Source: Alkalispirochaeta sp.
GTDB taxonomy: Bacteria > Spirochaetota > Spirochaetia > DSM-27196 > Alkalispirochaetaceae
Reading direction: 5' to 3'
DNA length: 64,000 nt
NCBI GenBank assembly: GCA_965242725.1
Contig: CBDESZ010000016.1
Location: forward strand, 160,001-224,000
Shown here: one piece after another, positions 27,740-40,992 of the stretch
Position numbering within the stretch: position 1 is the first letter of the stretch
Layout of the letters: every line of letters starts with the position of its first letter
Position numbers and translations under genes: made by a program
The notes under the pieces: model-generated
What the model was told of the DNA's origin: nothing
The model's database searches: none
The model's input: only the letters and a program-made list of their open reading frames with translations

Positions 27740-30343
27740 CTACGCATCTCCCCGTTCGGTATCGGCCTGTGTTCCCTCGGATCCGGCTTCCGTACCGTTG
27801 TTCGATTCGCCACCGGATTCCTTGTCAACTCCGGAGGAATCGGCGTCAGAACCATTTCCGCCTTCGATATCGCTGTCCGCGTCTTCATCGTCGCTTTCCT
27901 GAAGTTTGGCAACACCAACGACGTAGTCGGGACGGCCGACGTTCATGACGGATACACCCCGGGCGTTCCGACCCTGAAGGGATACATCTTCCGCGCGAAG
28001 CCGGATCGTCACACCCTGGGCGGAAACGGCGATAAAGTCGTCACCATCCATGACGGGGAGAACCGCTACCACCTCGCCTGTACCGCCTCCGTCGGACGCT
28101 TCGGTGACCGAGAATGCCCGCATTCCCTGTCCGCCCCGTCCGTGAAGGGTAAACTCCGCAAAGGAGGTTCGTTTTCCCGAGCCGTATTCGGTGATCAGGA
28201 GCACATATCCGTCGTCGGGGGCGAGACACGCTCCTGCAATTTCATCTCCCCGTCGAAGTTTCAGACCCCGCACACCCCGTGTATTCCGTCCCATGGTGCG
28301 GACGTCCTCTTCAACGATGCGCAGTCCCTGGCCTTTGCGGCTTACCAGCAGAACCTTATCCTCTCCGGAGGTGAGCATCACCGAGACGAGTCGATCGCCG
28401 TCAACGAGCTGTATCGCCCGTATGCCCCGCCGGCGGGCGTTGACAAAGGCGTTGCTCTTGATTTTCACCACCTGTCCGTGGGCGGTGGCAAAAAAGATAT
28501 TCACATTCGGATCAAACTCCTTGAGCGGCAGAACCGACGCGATGTCCTCATCGGCGGCGATCTCGAGCAGACTCTTGATGTGAGTGCCTTTTGCCTGGGG
28601 TGACGCTTCCGGGATTTCATGAACCTTCAGGTAATAGGCCTTACCGGCGCTGGTGAAGATCATGACATGATCGTGGGTGGAGCCGATAAAGACGTGTTCG
28701 ATAAAGTCGTCGTCCCGAAGGTTGCTCGATGAGTTGCGTCCGCGGCCGCCACGTCCCTGGGTACGATAGGTACTGTAGGCAAGGCGTTTCACATAGCCAC
28801 GGTGGCTGACGATCACCACCATGTCTTCCCGTTGAATGAGGTCCTCAATGTCGATGGACTCGATTTCGCTGTACTCAATGGTTGTGCGCCGTTCGTCGCC
28901 GTACTTCTCGGCGATTTCGTAGGTCTCCCGCTTAATGAGGGCCCGCAGCTTCTCTTCACTGCCAAGGAGTTCCTTCAGTTCTCGAATCAGCGCCCTGACT
29001 TCCTCAAGTTCATCAATTATTTTCTTTGTCTCCAGATTTGTTAGTTTCTGGAGGCGCATGTCGAGAATCGCCCTGTGCCTGTCGCTCCGAGAGCTCAAAT
29101 CGGCTCATGAGGGCGTTTCGCGCCGTTTCCACGTCGGCGGACTCTCGTATCGTCCTGATGACCTCGTCCAGGTTGTCCAGCGCGATTTTCAGTCCGATGA
29201 GGATGTGTTCCCGTTCCTCAGCCTTGCGAAGGTCGAATTTCGTCCGCCGGATCACCACCTCGTGACGGTGATCGATGAAGGCCTTCAGCATGTCCCGGAG
29301 GGTGAGAACCTTCGGTCGACCGTCCACGAGGGCAAGGGCGTTCACGTTGAAGTTGACCTGCATCTGGGTGTGGGTGAAGAGCTGATTGAGAATGACCTTC
29401 ACATTGGTATCTTTTTTCAGCTCGATGATGATGCGCATTCCGTTCCGGTCCGACTCATCTCGCAGGTCTGCGATTCCCTCGATCTTCCGGTCCCGGACAA
29501 GCTCGGCGATGCGGGTAATGAGCGTCGCCTTGTTCACCATGTACGGAATCTCGTGGACGACGATGACGTCCCGGCCCCGCTTGTTTTCTTCAATGACAAA
29601 GCGCGCCCGCACGGGAATGCGCCCCTTGCCGCTCCGGTACGCCGCCTTGATTCCCCGGGTACCGTAAATGATTCCGCCCGTGGGAAAATCGGGACCTTTT
29701 ATATAGGCATTGAGCTCTTCATTGGATATGTCGTCCTTGTCCAGCATTGCCGCCACACCGTCGGCGATCTCCCGGAGGTTGTGGGGAGCCATATTGGTCG
29801 CCATACCGACGGCGATACCCGAGGCACCGTTGGCGAGGAGATAGGGAAATGCCGCGGGGAGAACGAGGGGTTCTTCGTCCGAGTCGTCGTAGTTCGGACC
29901 AAAGTCGACAGTCTCCTTGTTGATGTCCCGGAGCATCTCCTCGGCGACGCGGTGCATCCGCGCCTCGGTGTACCGCATGGCCGCGGGAGGATCGCCGTCC
30001 ACCGATCCGAAGTTCCCCTGACCGTCCACCACGGGGGTAACGCATGGAGAATACCTGGGCAAGCCGGACGAGGGCGTCATAGACACTCTGGTCGCCGTGG
30101 GGGATGGTATTTTCCCAGAACGTCTCCGACGATGCGCGCCGCTTTCTTGTAGGCCCGGTCGGAGCGAAGTCCCATGGCGTTCATTCCATAGAGGATTCGC
30201 CGGTGGACCGGTTTCAGCCCGTCCCGGACGTCGGGCAATGCCCGGCTGACGATGACGGACATCGCGTAATTGAGATAGCTCTCCCGTACTTCATCCTCAA
30301 TCGCGACGGGTATGACGCGACCGGTCATGTGACTGTCAGACAT
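27740..30343 (-). CDS. gyrA: DNA gyrase subunit A (three apparent +1 frameshifts)
   Basis: [25 protein letters not shown], GyrA-box QGRGGRG; removing one base at ~30100, ~30035 and ~29072 restores HPHGD, MRYPVV and QAQAILD. Confidence 0.93.
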
Positions 30344-30429
30344 TCTGTACTCCTCGTAACGCGACGACTATCGATTGATCGTAAGTTCGAACGTCGCTGC
30401 AGGCGCGGTGGTTATGACGATCAGCGGAA

Positions 30430-32351
<1,922 letters not shown>

Positions 32352-32470
32352 GTTGTTCCTTCGTGAAGTTACCGCATTATAAGGAATTAGGTCGGTAGAG
32401 TAAACTGCCGGCACCCGTCGCGACGATCGCCGTTATCGGGAACTATCGGGGCCTGTATAGAATGCATTTC

Positions 32471-32714
32471 GGTGGATTCTGTGTGGATTTGTTGTGGATA
32501 ACTACAGGAGAGTTCATGCAAACCTATGCGCCATCGACCTTTAGGAGATGTGGAAAGAGTGGATAGTTCATTTCGGCATGAATTTCAGGGAAAATCGGGC
32601 GAAATTTCGGAAAAATCCCGTCTCGTTCTAGCTGGTAAAGAATCGGTGCTATGGTATCATTACCATTCGTCATGACTGGGAGGGAATGACTGTATGTGGA
32701 TAAAATGTGGATAA
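32471..32714. promoter_or_regulatory. DnaA-box cluster upstream of dnaA (oriC part 1 / autoregulation)
   Basis: Perfect TGTGGATAA at 32493, 32695 and 32706, plus several near matches. Confidence 0.8.
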
Positions 32715-32726
32715 ATTGAGGGCAAT

Positions 32727-34191
32727 ATGAGCGACTGGCAGGATAATCGGGTTTTCTGGGATGAGGCGTTGAAGCATATCGAGCATCAGGTCTCGGAACA
32801 GGAATTCGTTATGTGGTTCCAGCAAATTCAGTACGCACGATCAGAAGAACATACGATCACCGTTTCCGTTCCTTCGTCATTTTATCGGGATCAGGTTAAA
32901 CAACGCTACCTCGACATCATTGAAGGCAAGCTTCATGAACTGTCGGGAAGACCGTTTCGAATCGATTTCGAAATCCAGAAGGCGGATCTGACATCCCGTG
33001 CCGTTTCACAGGGAAACGGATATCTCCGGAAACATGCCGAACATCCTGCGTCACCGGGGAAGGAACCGGCGGCGAGGAGAACACCGATCCCGTGAAGCCG
33101 GATCCCGTCATCCCGAGGCGCGTCGTCTCCAGCCGGCGGAACGGCGCATGTCCGCACCCGGACTGAGCACGGAATATACCTTTGAACACTTTGTCGTCGG
33201 TGATAATAACCGGTTTGCCGCAAACGCCGCGATGGCGATCGCCAACAATCCCGGTACCACCTACAATCCCTGTCTCATTTACGGAGGTGTGGGACTCGGA
33301 AAGACACATCTCCTGCAGTCAATCGGCAACTCCGTGTGGCAGGGCGACGCGGAACAGCGAATTGTCTACGTCACTGCCGAGGATTTCACCAACGAGTTCA
33401 TCCGCTCCATTCAGGAAAACCGGACACACCTTTTCAAGAACAAATACCGGAACGCCGATGTCCTGCTGATCGACGACATTCATTTTCTTCAGAAAAAGAA
33501 TGAGACCCAGGAAGAGCTCTTTCACACCTTTAACGCCCTCTTTGATGCCAAGAAACAAATGGTCTTCACTTCAGACCGTCCGGTTAGTGAAATCAAGGAT
33601 ATCACTGAACGGCTGCAGAATCGCTTTACCCGTGGATTGACCGTCGATCTGCAACCACCGCAAATGGAAACAGCCGTGGCGATTCTCAAGAAAAAGGCGG
33701 AAAAGACGGGAATCAGCGTTCCCAACGACGTGATCAACCTCATCTGTCAGAAGATCACCACAAACGTCCGTGATCTCGAGGCCGCCCTCACTCGTATCAT
33801 CGCTTATGCGGAACTGGTCAACAAAGAGGTTACCGTTGAAGTCGCACAGCGTCAGCTGAAGGATTTTTTCTCAAGTCCCCTCCAGAACAACATCACCGTG
33901 GACGTTATTCAACGGACCGTGGCCGACTATTTCAATCTCTCTCCCAATGAACTGAAGGGAAAGAAACGAACCAGGCAGGTCGCATTTCCACGCCAGATCG
34001 CCATGTATATCGCCCGTGATATCACCGAGGCGTCCATGACCGACATCGGTCTCGAGTTTGGTGGACGGGATCACACGACGGTCATGCACGCCTGTCAGCG
34101 GGTGGAAAGCCGCATGCGCACCGATCCGACACTTGAAGATGTCCTGCAGACGTTGAACCGGAGAATCAAGGAAGAAGGCAGTCGAGCATAA
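32727..34191 (+). CDS. dnaA: chromosomal replication initiator DnaA (frameshift in domain II linker)
   Basis: Domain I in 32727-33095 frame; YGGVGLGKTHL, LLIDDI and GGRDHTTV in the next frame. Confidence 0.95.
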
Positions 34192-34243
34192 TGGGGATAT
34201 CTGCCGGATAAAGGGGGTATGAAATGGGGATATCGCATACCGT

Positions 34244-34379
34244 CGTGGATAAGTGGATAACACCGGGACAGAACAGTACACGTTATCCAACGGGTAACAT
34301 ACGACGGTGTAAAGAATTACCCCCTATTTCCACAAATGCACCGAGCCTACTACTGTTACTACTACTATTTATATATAAT
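34244..34379. promoter_or_regulatory. oriC: oriC unwinding region: DnaA boxes, DnaA-trios, AT-rich tract
   Basis: CGTGGATAA/AGTGGATAA, then TTTCCACAAATGCAC-CGAGCC-TACTACTGTTACTACTACTA-TTTATATATAAT. Confidence 0.8.
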
Positions 34380-34406
34380 CAGCTAGGGAAAGGAGCCTGA
34401 ATAACC

Positions 34407-35519
34407 GTGAAATTCACCGTAGAACGAGACCAGATAATCCGGGAGATTCAAGTCGCCCAGGAGATCATTTCCTCGCGTTCCAACATGTCAATCCTGTCCA
34501 ACGTTCTCCTTCAGGTACAGGAAAGCACTCTCACCGTTCGGGCAACGGACCTGAAAGTGAGCTTTGAGACGACCCTGCCGGTAACCGTCATGGAGCCCGG
34601 CGTCACGACCGTCTTTTGCGACAAGCTCCTCGGGATCCTCCGGTCCGTTCCATCGGGTGAGATTGAATTTGAACAGAATCCCTCAAAGACGGGCGAGAAT
34701 TTCGTCATTCGTCCGAAGTTCAAGAAAATCGATTTCAAACTTCGAAGCATCGCGGCGGACAAGTTTCCTGAAATACAGATTCAGGCGCCGGACGGGTATT
34801 TTGACGTTCCCCAGGAACAGTTCATTGAAATGGTTTCGCAGACCTCCTTTGCCGTCTCCGACGATGAGACGCGCTTCTTCATGAACGGCGTCTTCATGGA
34901 ACCCGACAACGATAAACTCGTCATGGTCGCCACCGACGGTCGGCGCCTTTCGTTCATCAGTCATGATCTGCCGGAAGGAATCAGTGACTTTGACGGCGTC
35001 ATCATTCCGCCGAAGGTACTCAACCTGGTGAAGCATCTCGCATCCGGAGAGGGTACCCTCCGCATGGCCGTTGCGGATAAACACGTCTTCTTCGATTTTG
35101 AAAACCACCTGATATCTTCCGCCCTCATCGACGGGCAGTTTCCCAACTACCGTCGCGTCATTCCGGAAACCCAGCATTACTCGGTGGTGGTGGACAAGGG
35201 AGAGCTCAACGAGGCGCTGAAACGCGTTTCCCTTCTCGTGGAAAAATCACGGCGTATCTATGTGGAACTCTCTTCCGGTCAAATGCAGATTCGCAGTGAA
35301 GAGAGCGAAATAGGTATTGCCCGGGAAGATATCGCCGTGGAGTATGACGGACCGGAAACGACGATCGCCCTGAACTACACCTATCTGGTGGAACCCCTGC
35401 GTGTCATGGACAGTGATACCATCTCTCTCCATTTCACCGAAGCCAACAAGGCGATTACCATGTATTCAGAACCGCGGGGACGATACTTTCACATCGTCAT
35501 GCCCATGCAGATTCAGTAG
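34407..35519 (+). CDS. dnaN: DNA polymerase III beta clamp
   Basis: ATDL, VATDGRRL, FPNYRRVIP, IVMPM. Confidence 0.97.
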   Translation: MKFTVERDQIIREIQVAQEIISSRSNMSILSNVLLQVQESTLTVRATDLKVSFETTLPVTVMEPGVTTVFCDKLLGILRSVPSGEIEFEQNPSKTGENFVIRPKFKKIDFKLRSIAADKFPEIQIQAPDGYFDVPQEQFIEMVSQTSFAVSDDETRFFMNGVFMEPDNDKLVMVATDGRRLSFISHDLPEGISDFDGVIIPPKVLNLVKHLASGEGTLRMAVADKHVFFDFENHLISSALIDGQFPNYRRVIPETQHYSVVVDKGELNEALKRVSLLVEKSRRIYVELSSGQMQIRSEESEIGIAREDIAVEYDGPETTIALNYTYLVEPLRVMDSDTISLHFTEANKAITMYSEPRGRYFHIVMPMQIQ

Positions 35520-35530
35520 TCCGACGGCTC

Positions 35531-36610
35531 GTGGCTTTCGAGCATATCCGGTTTTACCAGTTTCGAAACCTTGAGGACGGGACGGTAGATATACCGTCCC
35601 GTCAGATTTTTCTTGTCGGCGAAAACGGTCAGGGAAAAAGCAACTTTCTTGAAAGTCTCTATCTTCTCAGCTACGGCGGCAGTTTCCGGACCCGTCGCGA
35701 TACGGAATTGTGTCGGACGGGTGAACGGGAAATGGCGGTGGACGGTACGGTGACGAATCCGGAAGGGTCTCACCGCATCCGGATTCGATTTCAGGATGGA
35801 AAAAAACGGATCGTCCTCGACGATTCACCCCTGACGGACCGGCGGGACATGATTTCCATTATCCCGTCGGTGATCTTCCGCCATGACGATATGGGGTTCG
35901 TCAACGGACCGCCGGAAATGCAGCGCTGGTTTGTCGACCAGACCCTCAGCATGAATCGTCCCGGCTACGTTGACGACCTCAGGCGCTATCGCATCATCCT
36001 GAAAAACCGGAACCATGCGATCAAGAACGATCAACTCGACCTGCTTGATGTATACAATCCCGAACTGGCCGCGGCGGGGCTTCTGATTCAGGAGCGTCGG
36101 CGTGCCGTCATAGACGCCTTTAACGCGGTATTTCACAATGATTTCATGCGAATCTCCGGTCTGACCGAGCCGGTGTCACTGGAGTACCGGCCAAGCTGGC
36201 GCGGTCTGACCGGCGTGGAAGAGGTGGTGGCGGATCTGGAATCCCGTCGGGCACAGGAGTACAACCTCAAGACGACGACCAGCGGACCCCACCGTGATCG
36301 TGTCCTATTCCGGTACGGGGGACGGGATTTTCTTCAGATCGCCTCGACCGGGCAGATTCGCCTGGTGGCGCTCATTCTTCGCGTCGCTCAGGCGCGATAC
36401 TACGGGAATACCACCGGACGTCTGCCGGTGCTCCTCCTTGACGATGTGCTGCTGGAACTGGACCCGGGACGTCGCGCACGATTTGTCGAATCACTTCCCG
36501 AATCGGAACAGCGCATTTTCACCTTTCTGCCCGGTGAACCCTATCACGCTTATCGAAACGATGAGACCTTGATATATTTTGTGGACCATGGCAGGGTACG
36601 GCGAGAGTAG
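35531..36610 (+). CDS. recF: DNA replication/repair protein RecF
   Basis: GENGQGKSN, GPHRD, STGQ, LLLDDVLLELD. Confidence 0.95.
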   Translation: MAFEHIRFYQFRNLEDGTVDIPSRQIFLVGENGQGKSNFLESLYLLSYGGSFRTRRDTELCRTGEREMAVDGTVTNPEGSHRIRIRFQDGKKRIVLDDSPLTDRRDMISIIPSVIFRHDDMGFVNGPPEMQRWFVDQTLSMNRPGYVDDLRRYRIILKNRNHAIKNDQLDLLDVYNPELAAAGLLIQERRRAVIDAFNAVFHNDFMRISGLTEPVSLEYRPSWRGLTGVEEVVADLESRRAQEYNLKTTTSGPHRDRVLFRYGGRDFLQIASTGQIRLVALILRVAQARYYGNTTGRLPVLLLDDVLLELDPGRRARFVESLPESEQRIFTFLPGEPYHAYRNDETLIYFVDHGRVRRE

Positions 36611-37148
36611 CGCCAGAGATCTTATCGCGCGATTTATCGATTCCATAGGCATTCGAGACGAAAAGGGAATCGTTCCTTTTGTACGGGCGTGGCCCGATAT
36701 CGTGGGAAATGATCTGGCCGCACATTCACAGGTGCTGGACATCAAAAACGGTGCCGTCCTCGTCGGTCTGGATCATCCGGCGTGGCTGCAGCGGATGCAC
36801 ATGGACCGGACGCGTATCGTGCGGTTGATTCAACGCCGCTTTCCCGCGCTGGACGTACGGTATCTCCACATGACGGTGGTGGACAGACTGGAACCGGCCC
36901 GCTCTCAGCGGGTGGATACGGAGTCCGGAAACACCCCGAACGGTGATGATGGTTCAGCCGGGCAGGATGTGACCGATCGGAGCGAGGAAACGGGCCCCGG
37001 GACAAGGGACTCACGTTCCACTGACCACCGGTCCGCAGGCGGTGACGATGATTCGGTACCACAGAAAGCGGATGAAGATCCGGAGTTTTTGAGCAAGTTA
37101 CAGAGTCTTGAGGAGGCGATCCGTCGCAAGAACGGCGACGTTGATTGA
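36588..37148 (+). CDS. dciA: DUF721 / DciA family protein
   Basis: WPDIVG.DLAAHS...HPAWLQ; position after recF. Confidence 0.8.
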   Translation: MAGYGESSARDLIARFIDSIGIRDEKGIVPFVRAWPDIVGNDLAAHSQVLDIKNGAVLVGLDHPAWLQRMHMDRTRIVRLIQRRFPALDVRYLHMTVVDRLEPARSQRVDTESGNTPNGDDGSAGQDVTDRSEETGPGTRDSRSTDHRSAGGDDDSVPQKADEDPEFLSKLQSLEEAIRRKNGDVD

Positions 37149-37174
37149 CACGGCCGGAAAACGGTCGGTATACT
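37145..37174 (+). promoter_or_regulatory. sigma70 promoter of rpmH operon
   Basis: TTGACA-18 nt-TATACT. Confidence 0.7.
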
Positions 37175-37210
37175 CCGATGCCTGTTACGAAATAGACGAG
37201 GAGAAGACGA

Positions 37211-37366
37211 ATGAAGCGAACTTATCAGCCGAGTCGCGTTAAGCGTAACCGCAAGTTCGGCTTTCGCGCCCGTATGAAGACCAAGGGTGGTCGGCTGGTT
37301 CTCAAGCGTCGCCGAGCAAAGGGACGCAAGAAACTGAGTGTTGCGGACGAGAAGAAGCCTTACTAA
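37211..37366 (+). CDS. rpmH: 50S ribosomal protein L34 (not in ORF track)
   Basis: Manual translation [51 protein letters not shown]. Confidence 0.97.
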   Translation: MKRTYQPSRVKRNRKFGFRARMKTKGGRLVLKRRRAKGRKKLSVADEKKPY

Positions 37367-37694
37367 GGCGGAAATATTACGAAAACGACGTGATATTCTG
37401 CGCGTCTTTCAAAGTAAAGACGTGCACCGAGTGAAGGGACTCCACCTGCGTGTTGTGGCAAACGAAATTGGGTGGAGTCGCGTATTGTTTGCCACAACAC
37501 GATCATTTTCCGGAGCGGTAGCCCGTAACCGGGCTCGCCGTCATCTCCGGGAAGCGTATCGATTGATAAAACGGGATATTCAGGGGCACTATGATATCGC
37601 CTTTGTGTTGTATCCGGGTTCGCACGACTTCACCGATCGTCAGGCACAAGTTGAGAAACTGCTACATCGGGCGGGTTTGTTGCCCCCCGGGTAA
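37338..37694 (+). CDS. rnpA: ribonuclease P protein component
   Basis: [17 protein letters not shown] motif; follows rpmH. Confidence 0.88.
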   Translation: MLRTRRSLTKAEILRKRRDILRVFQSKDVHRVKGLHLRVVANEIGWSRVLFATTRSFSGAVARNRARRHLREAYRLIKRDIQGHYDIAFVLYPGSHDFTDRQAQVEKLLHRAGLLPPG

Positions 37695-37704
37695 GGACAC
37701 ATAA

Positions 37705-39489
37705 ATGGAAAAGAACACGCTTCTCGCGGTCGTTCTCTCAGTGATTGTCATCAGTGTTGGCTTTATGGTGCAGAACATGCTGTACCCTCCTCAGCCCGTT
37801 GAATCGACCCAGACCGAGAGTACAGCCCCCGGCGAAATTGAGACGACTCAGCAGACATCATCCGGCTCGCAGACCGGAGGTGGAACAACGGCACCGGCAA
37901 ACGACGCAACGGCCCCCGCGGTCAGCCGTCAGCAGATCGGGAATCCGGTACAACCTGTCGCACGGGACGGTATAGACGCCTCACCCGTCACCTATCGCAA
38001 CGATGTGATGGAGGTTGTTTTTGACCCGGCGGGAGCCCGCATCGTTTCGCTGAAACTTCTGGAACACATGGATGGTGACGTTCCGGTGGAGATGGTACTT
38101 CAGGGAGAGACCGATCGCGGCGCCTTTGAACTGCAGTTCGGGGGAGCCGACGCACAGCCGGTGGACGCCCTGTTTGAGCGGGTTGATTCCGTCGATTCAA
38201 ATCTGGTGAGTTTTCGCCGCGATTTCTACGTCGAGGGAGCACCTGATCAGCCATTTACCGTCACCAGGAGCTACCGGTTCTATCCGGAAGAGTATGTTAT
38301 CGAGGTCGGAGTTGATATCCAGAACTCGGTGAACGCCTTTGTTCCGCTGGACTTCAACGGCGACGCCTACACCATCACCTACGGCCCCCAGATCGGACCT
38401 TCCTATGAAGAGCTGGACGGACGAAATGAGTATCGCAACTTTTACTACTACGACGGCGACCGCCGACGAAACATCCGCATTCGCGGTGAAGGGGTAGAGA
38501 CGCTCACCGAGCGCGTGCAGTGGGCCGCCCTCTCGGGCAAATACTTTGCCGTCATCGGCATCCCCGGCGCCGTCGACTATACGTGGACCTTTTCCAGTAT
38601 CACTCCTCCCGGTCTTGAAAACGGGCATACCCTTTCCATGACGAGACCGGTCATTCGGTCCGCCGCAAACAGGGACACCTTTCGGTTCTACGTCGGTCCC
38701 AAGGTGAAGCGAATTCTGGAGCGATACAATCGGGCGGAAGAAAACGCCCTCGGGCTGCGAAACCTCGATCTCGATCAGGTTCAGGACAGCCGGTTTCTCT
38801 TCGGATGGCTTGAAAATATCCTGAAGTTTCTGATGCAGCATATCTACCGTTTTGTCCCCAACTACGGGTATGCAATTATCATCCTGACGGTCCTGGTGAA
38901 ACTTCTCCTCTTTCCTCTTACCCACAAGAGCTACGAAAGTACGAGCAAGATGCAACAGCTGAATCCCAAGATTCAGCAGCTGCGGGAGAAATACAAGGAC
39001 AATCCCCAGAAACTCAATCAGGCGATGGCGGATATGTACAAGAAGGAAGGGGTCAATCCCCTGGGTGGGTGTCTGCCTCTGCTCCTTCAGTTTCCCTTCT
39101 TTATCGCCATGTTCGGTGTGTTCAACAATCACTTCGATTTGCGGGGAGCCGTCTTTATTCAGGGCTGGATCACCGACCTTTCCGCTCCGGAATCAATCCT
39201 GAATTTCGGAAGCTTTACCGTTCCCTTCCTGGGTTGGAACGATTTACGATTATTGCCGATACTCTTTGTGGGGAGCCAGTTGCTTTCAAGCAAGCTGATG
39301 CAGAACCCCGCGGCCGGCCAGAGTACCGGTCAGATGAAGTTTATGCAGTACGGGATGCCGATCATGTTTTTCTTCATCCTGTACAACATGCCCAGCGGAC
39401 TGCTGGTGTACTGGATTTTCTCCAACGTGTTGACCGTTGGACAGCAGTACTTCATCAACCTGCGTAGAAAACGCCAAGCAACGGAGTAA
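37705..39489 (+). CDS. yidC: membrane protein insertase YidC
   Basis: NYGYAIIILT, NPLGGCLPLLLQFP, PSGLLVYW. Confidence 0.95.
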   Translation: MEKNTLLAVVLSVIVISVGFMVQNMLYPPQPVESTQTESTAPGEIETTQQTSSGSQTGGGTTAPANDATAPAVSRQQIGNPVQPVARDGIDASPVTYRNDVMEVVFDPAGARIVSLKLLEHMDGDVPVEMVLQGETDRGAFELQFGGADAQPVDALFERVDSVDSNLVSFRRDFYVEGAPDQPFTVTRSYRFYPEEYVIEVGVDIQNSVNAFVPLDFNGDAYTITYGPQIGPSYEELDGRNEYRNFYYYDGDRRRNIRIRGEGVETLTERVQWAALSGKYFAVIGIPGAVDYTWTFSSITPPGLENGHTLSMTRPVIRSAANRDTFRFYVGPKVKRILERYNRAEENALGLRNLDLDQVQDSRFLFGWLENILKFLMQHIYRFVPNYGYAIIILTVLVKLLLFPLTHKSYESTSKMQQLNPKIQQLREKYKDNPQKLNQAMADMYKKEGVNPLGGCLPLLLQFPFFIAMFGVFNNHFDLRGAVFIQGWITDLSAPESILNFGSFTVPFLGWNDLRLLPILFVGSQLLSSKLMQNPAAGQSTGQMKFMQYGMPIMFFFILYNMPSGLLVYWIFSNVLTVGQQYFINLRRKRQATE

Positions 39490-39492
39490 ATA

Positions 39493-40224
39493 ATGGTACG
39501 AGAATTTGAAGGTCGCACGGAACAAGAGGCGATCGACGCGGCGGTCAGGGCGCTTTCCCTGGACCGCCATGAGTTTGAAGTGGAAATCCTGGAAACGCAG
39601 AAGGGTTTTCTCGGAATGAACCGGTCCACCCGGATTCGTGTCCACATTCCGGATCATCTGAACGTACCCGACGTTGACGATGACCGGGAATCCAATGCGG
39701 CAGCTGCCGGACGAAGTTCTTCGGTCTCGCCGAACTACGGTAATACCAGCCCCGATCCGGAAACCGATTTTGAACACGGAGTGGTGGACTTTGTAACGAC
39801 TCTCTGTGAGAAGATGGGTTTTCCCGCAACGGTGACGATCATGTACCGGGAGCCGAAGAAACTGGGTCTCCGTCTGGACAGCGAACACGCCAATATCCTT
39901 ATAGGGCGTAAAGGAAAAAATCTCGATGCCCTGCAACTTCTGGCAAATGTCATTGCCGGTCGCCTTGAAGATTCGGAAATCAAGGTTATACTGGATACCG
40001 AAGGATATCGGGGTCGACGGGAAGAGCAGTTGATACGGCTTGCCCAGAAGGTGGGTGACCAGGTACTGCGTACCCGGGGAAGTAAACTCCTTGAACCGAT
40101 GAATCCCTTTGAGCGCCGACTCATACATACGACCCTCAATGATATAGATAACCTGGGGACGGAGAGTGAAGGCGAAGGATTGTACAAACAGGTCCGGATA
40201 TTCTATCGGGGTTCCGGCCGGTAA
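39493..40224 (+). CDS. jag: Jag/EloR (KhpB) RNA-binding protein
   Basis: Jag_N, KH (IGRKGKNLDALQ), R3H (MNPFERRLIH). Confidence 0.93.
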   Translation: MVREFEGRTEQEAIDAAVRALSLDRHEFEVEILETQKGFLGMNRSTRIRVHIPDHLNVPDVDDDRESNAAAAGRSSSVSPNYGNTSPDPETDFEHGVVDFVTTLCEKMGFPATVTIMYREPKKLGLRLDSEHANILIGRKGKNLDALQLLANVIAGRLEDSEIKVILDTEGYRGRREEQLIRLAQKVGDQVLRTRGSKLLEPMNPFERRLIHTTLNDIDNLGTESEGEGLYKQVRIFYRGSGR

Positions 40225-40434
40225 GATCGCCGATATTCGGCACCTTTTGGGGATATCCTGTGGATAAGTCGCAAAATAGATACACATATATGTAGGTGTT
40301 TTCGCGGCATTATTGGCGATAATAGAAATATTATGGGATTATGGCGGCGTTATTTCGTTGATTCTGTCTACCAAACGGGGAGACTGCGATATTCGCGCCT
40401 GTGGAAAGGTTGTGGATAAGAGGAGGAAAGCAGC

Positions 40435-40824
40435 ATGAAATTCGATGATTCCGTGAAGTATCAAGAAAGTCACGAATGGGCGCGTCTCGATGGTGACGTC
40501 GCCACCGTTGGAATTTCCGACTACGCACAGGACGAACTGGGAGATGTCGTCTTTGTTGAGCTTCCCGAAGTCGGTACATCAATGAAAAAGGGCGACGCCT
40601 TTGGTGTCGTTGAAAGTGTAAAGGCGGCCAGCGATATCTATATGCCGGCGACGGGGGAAATCGTCGAGGTCAACGAGGTTCTGAAGGACACACCGGAAAA
40701 GGTCAATGAGGATCCTTTTGGCGACGGATGGATTGTGAAGATAAAAGTCTCCAATGCATCGGAGCTGGACCAGATGATGGACGCAGGATCATACAAGACG
40801 TTTACGGAAGGTCTGAACGAATAG
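40435..40824 (+). CDS. gcvH: glycine cleavage system H protein
   Basis: HEW, GISDYAQDELGDVVFVELP, VESVKAASD lipoyl-Lys. Confidence 0.96.
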   Translation: MKFDDSVKYQESHEWARLDGDVATVGISDYAQDELGDVVFVELPEVGTSMKKGDAFGVVESVKAASDIYMPATGEIVEVNEVLKDTPEKVNEDPFGDGWIVKIKVSNASELDQMMDAGSYKTFTEGLNE

Positions 40825-40855
40825 CACCTGCCCCCGGTATCAGTTTGTAACCGAG

Positions 40856-40889
40856 ACCCGCCGTACCGGAAGGTATGGGCGGGTTTTTT
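40856..40889 (+). terminator. intrinsic terminator after gcvH
   Basis: ACCCGCC-GTACC-GGAA-GGTAT-GGGCGGGT then TTTTT. Confidence 0.75.
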
Positions 40890-40992
40890 CATCTTCGGTC
40901 TCTCATGACCGTATCTTGCCGTATCCGTACATCGAGGTGTACCCTCTACCGGACTGTCCGTATTCCGGACACGGCCAAACAGGAGCATAAAA

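Noticed and set aside
37694..37705. Absence of yidD between rnpA and yidC
   Set aside because: Real, but yidD is often lost or relocated; not notable.
40890..40992. SAH or SAM riboswitch upstream of ahcY-metK-metF
   Set aside because: I could not find the conserved cores of either class in this ~100-nt leader; an Infernal search would settle it.
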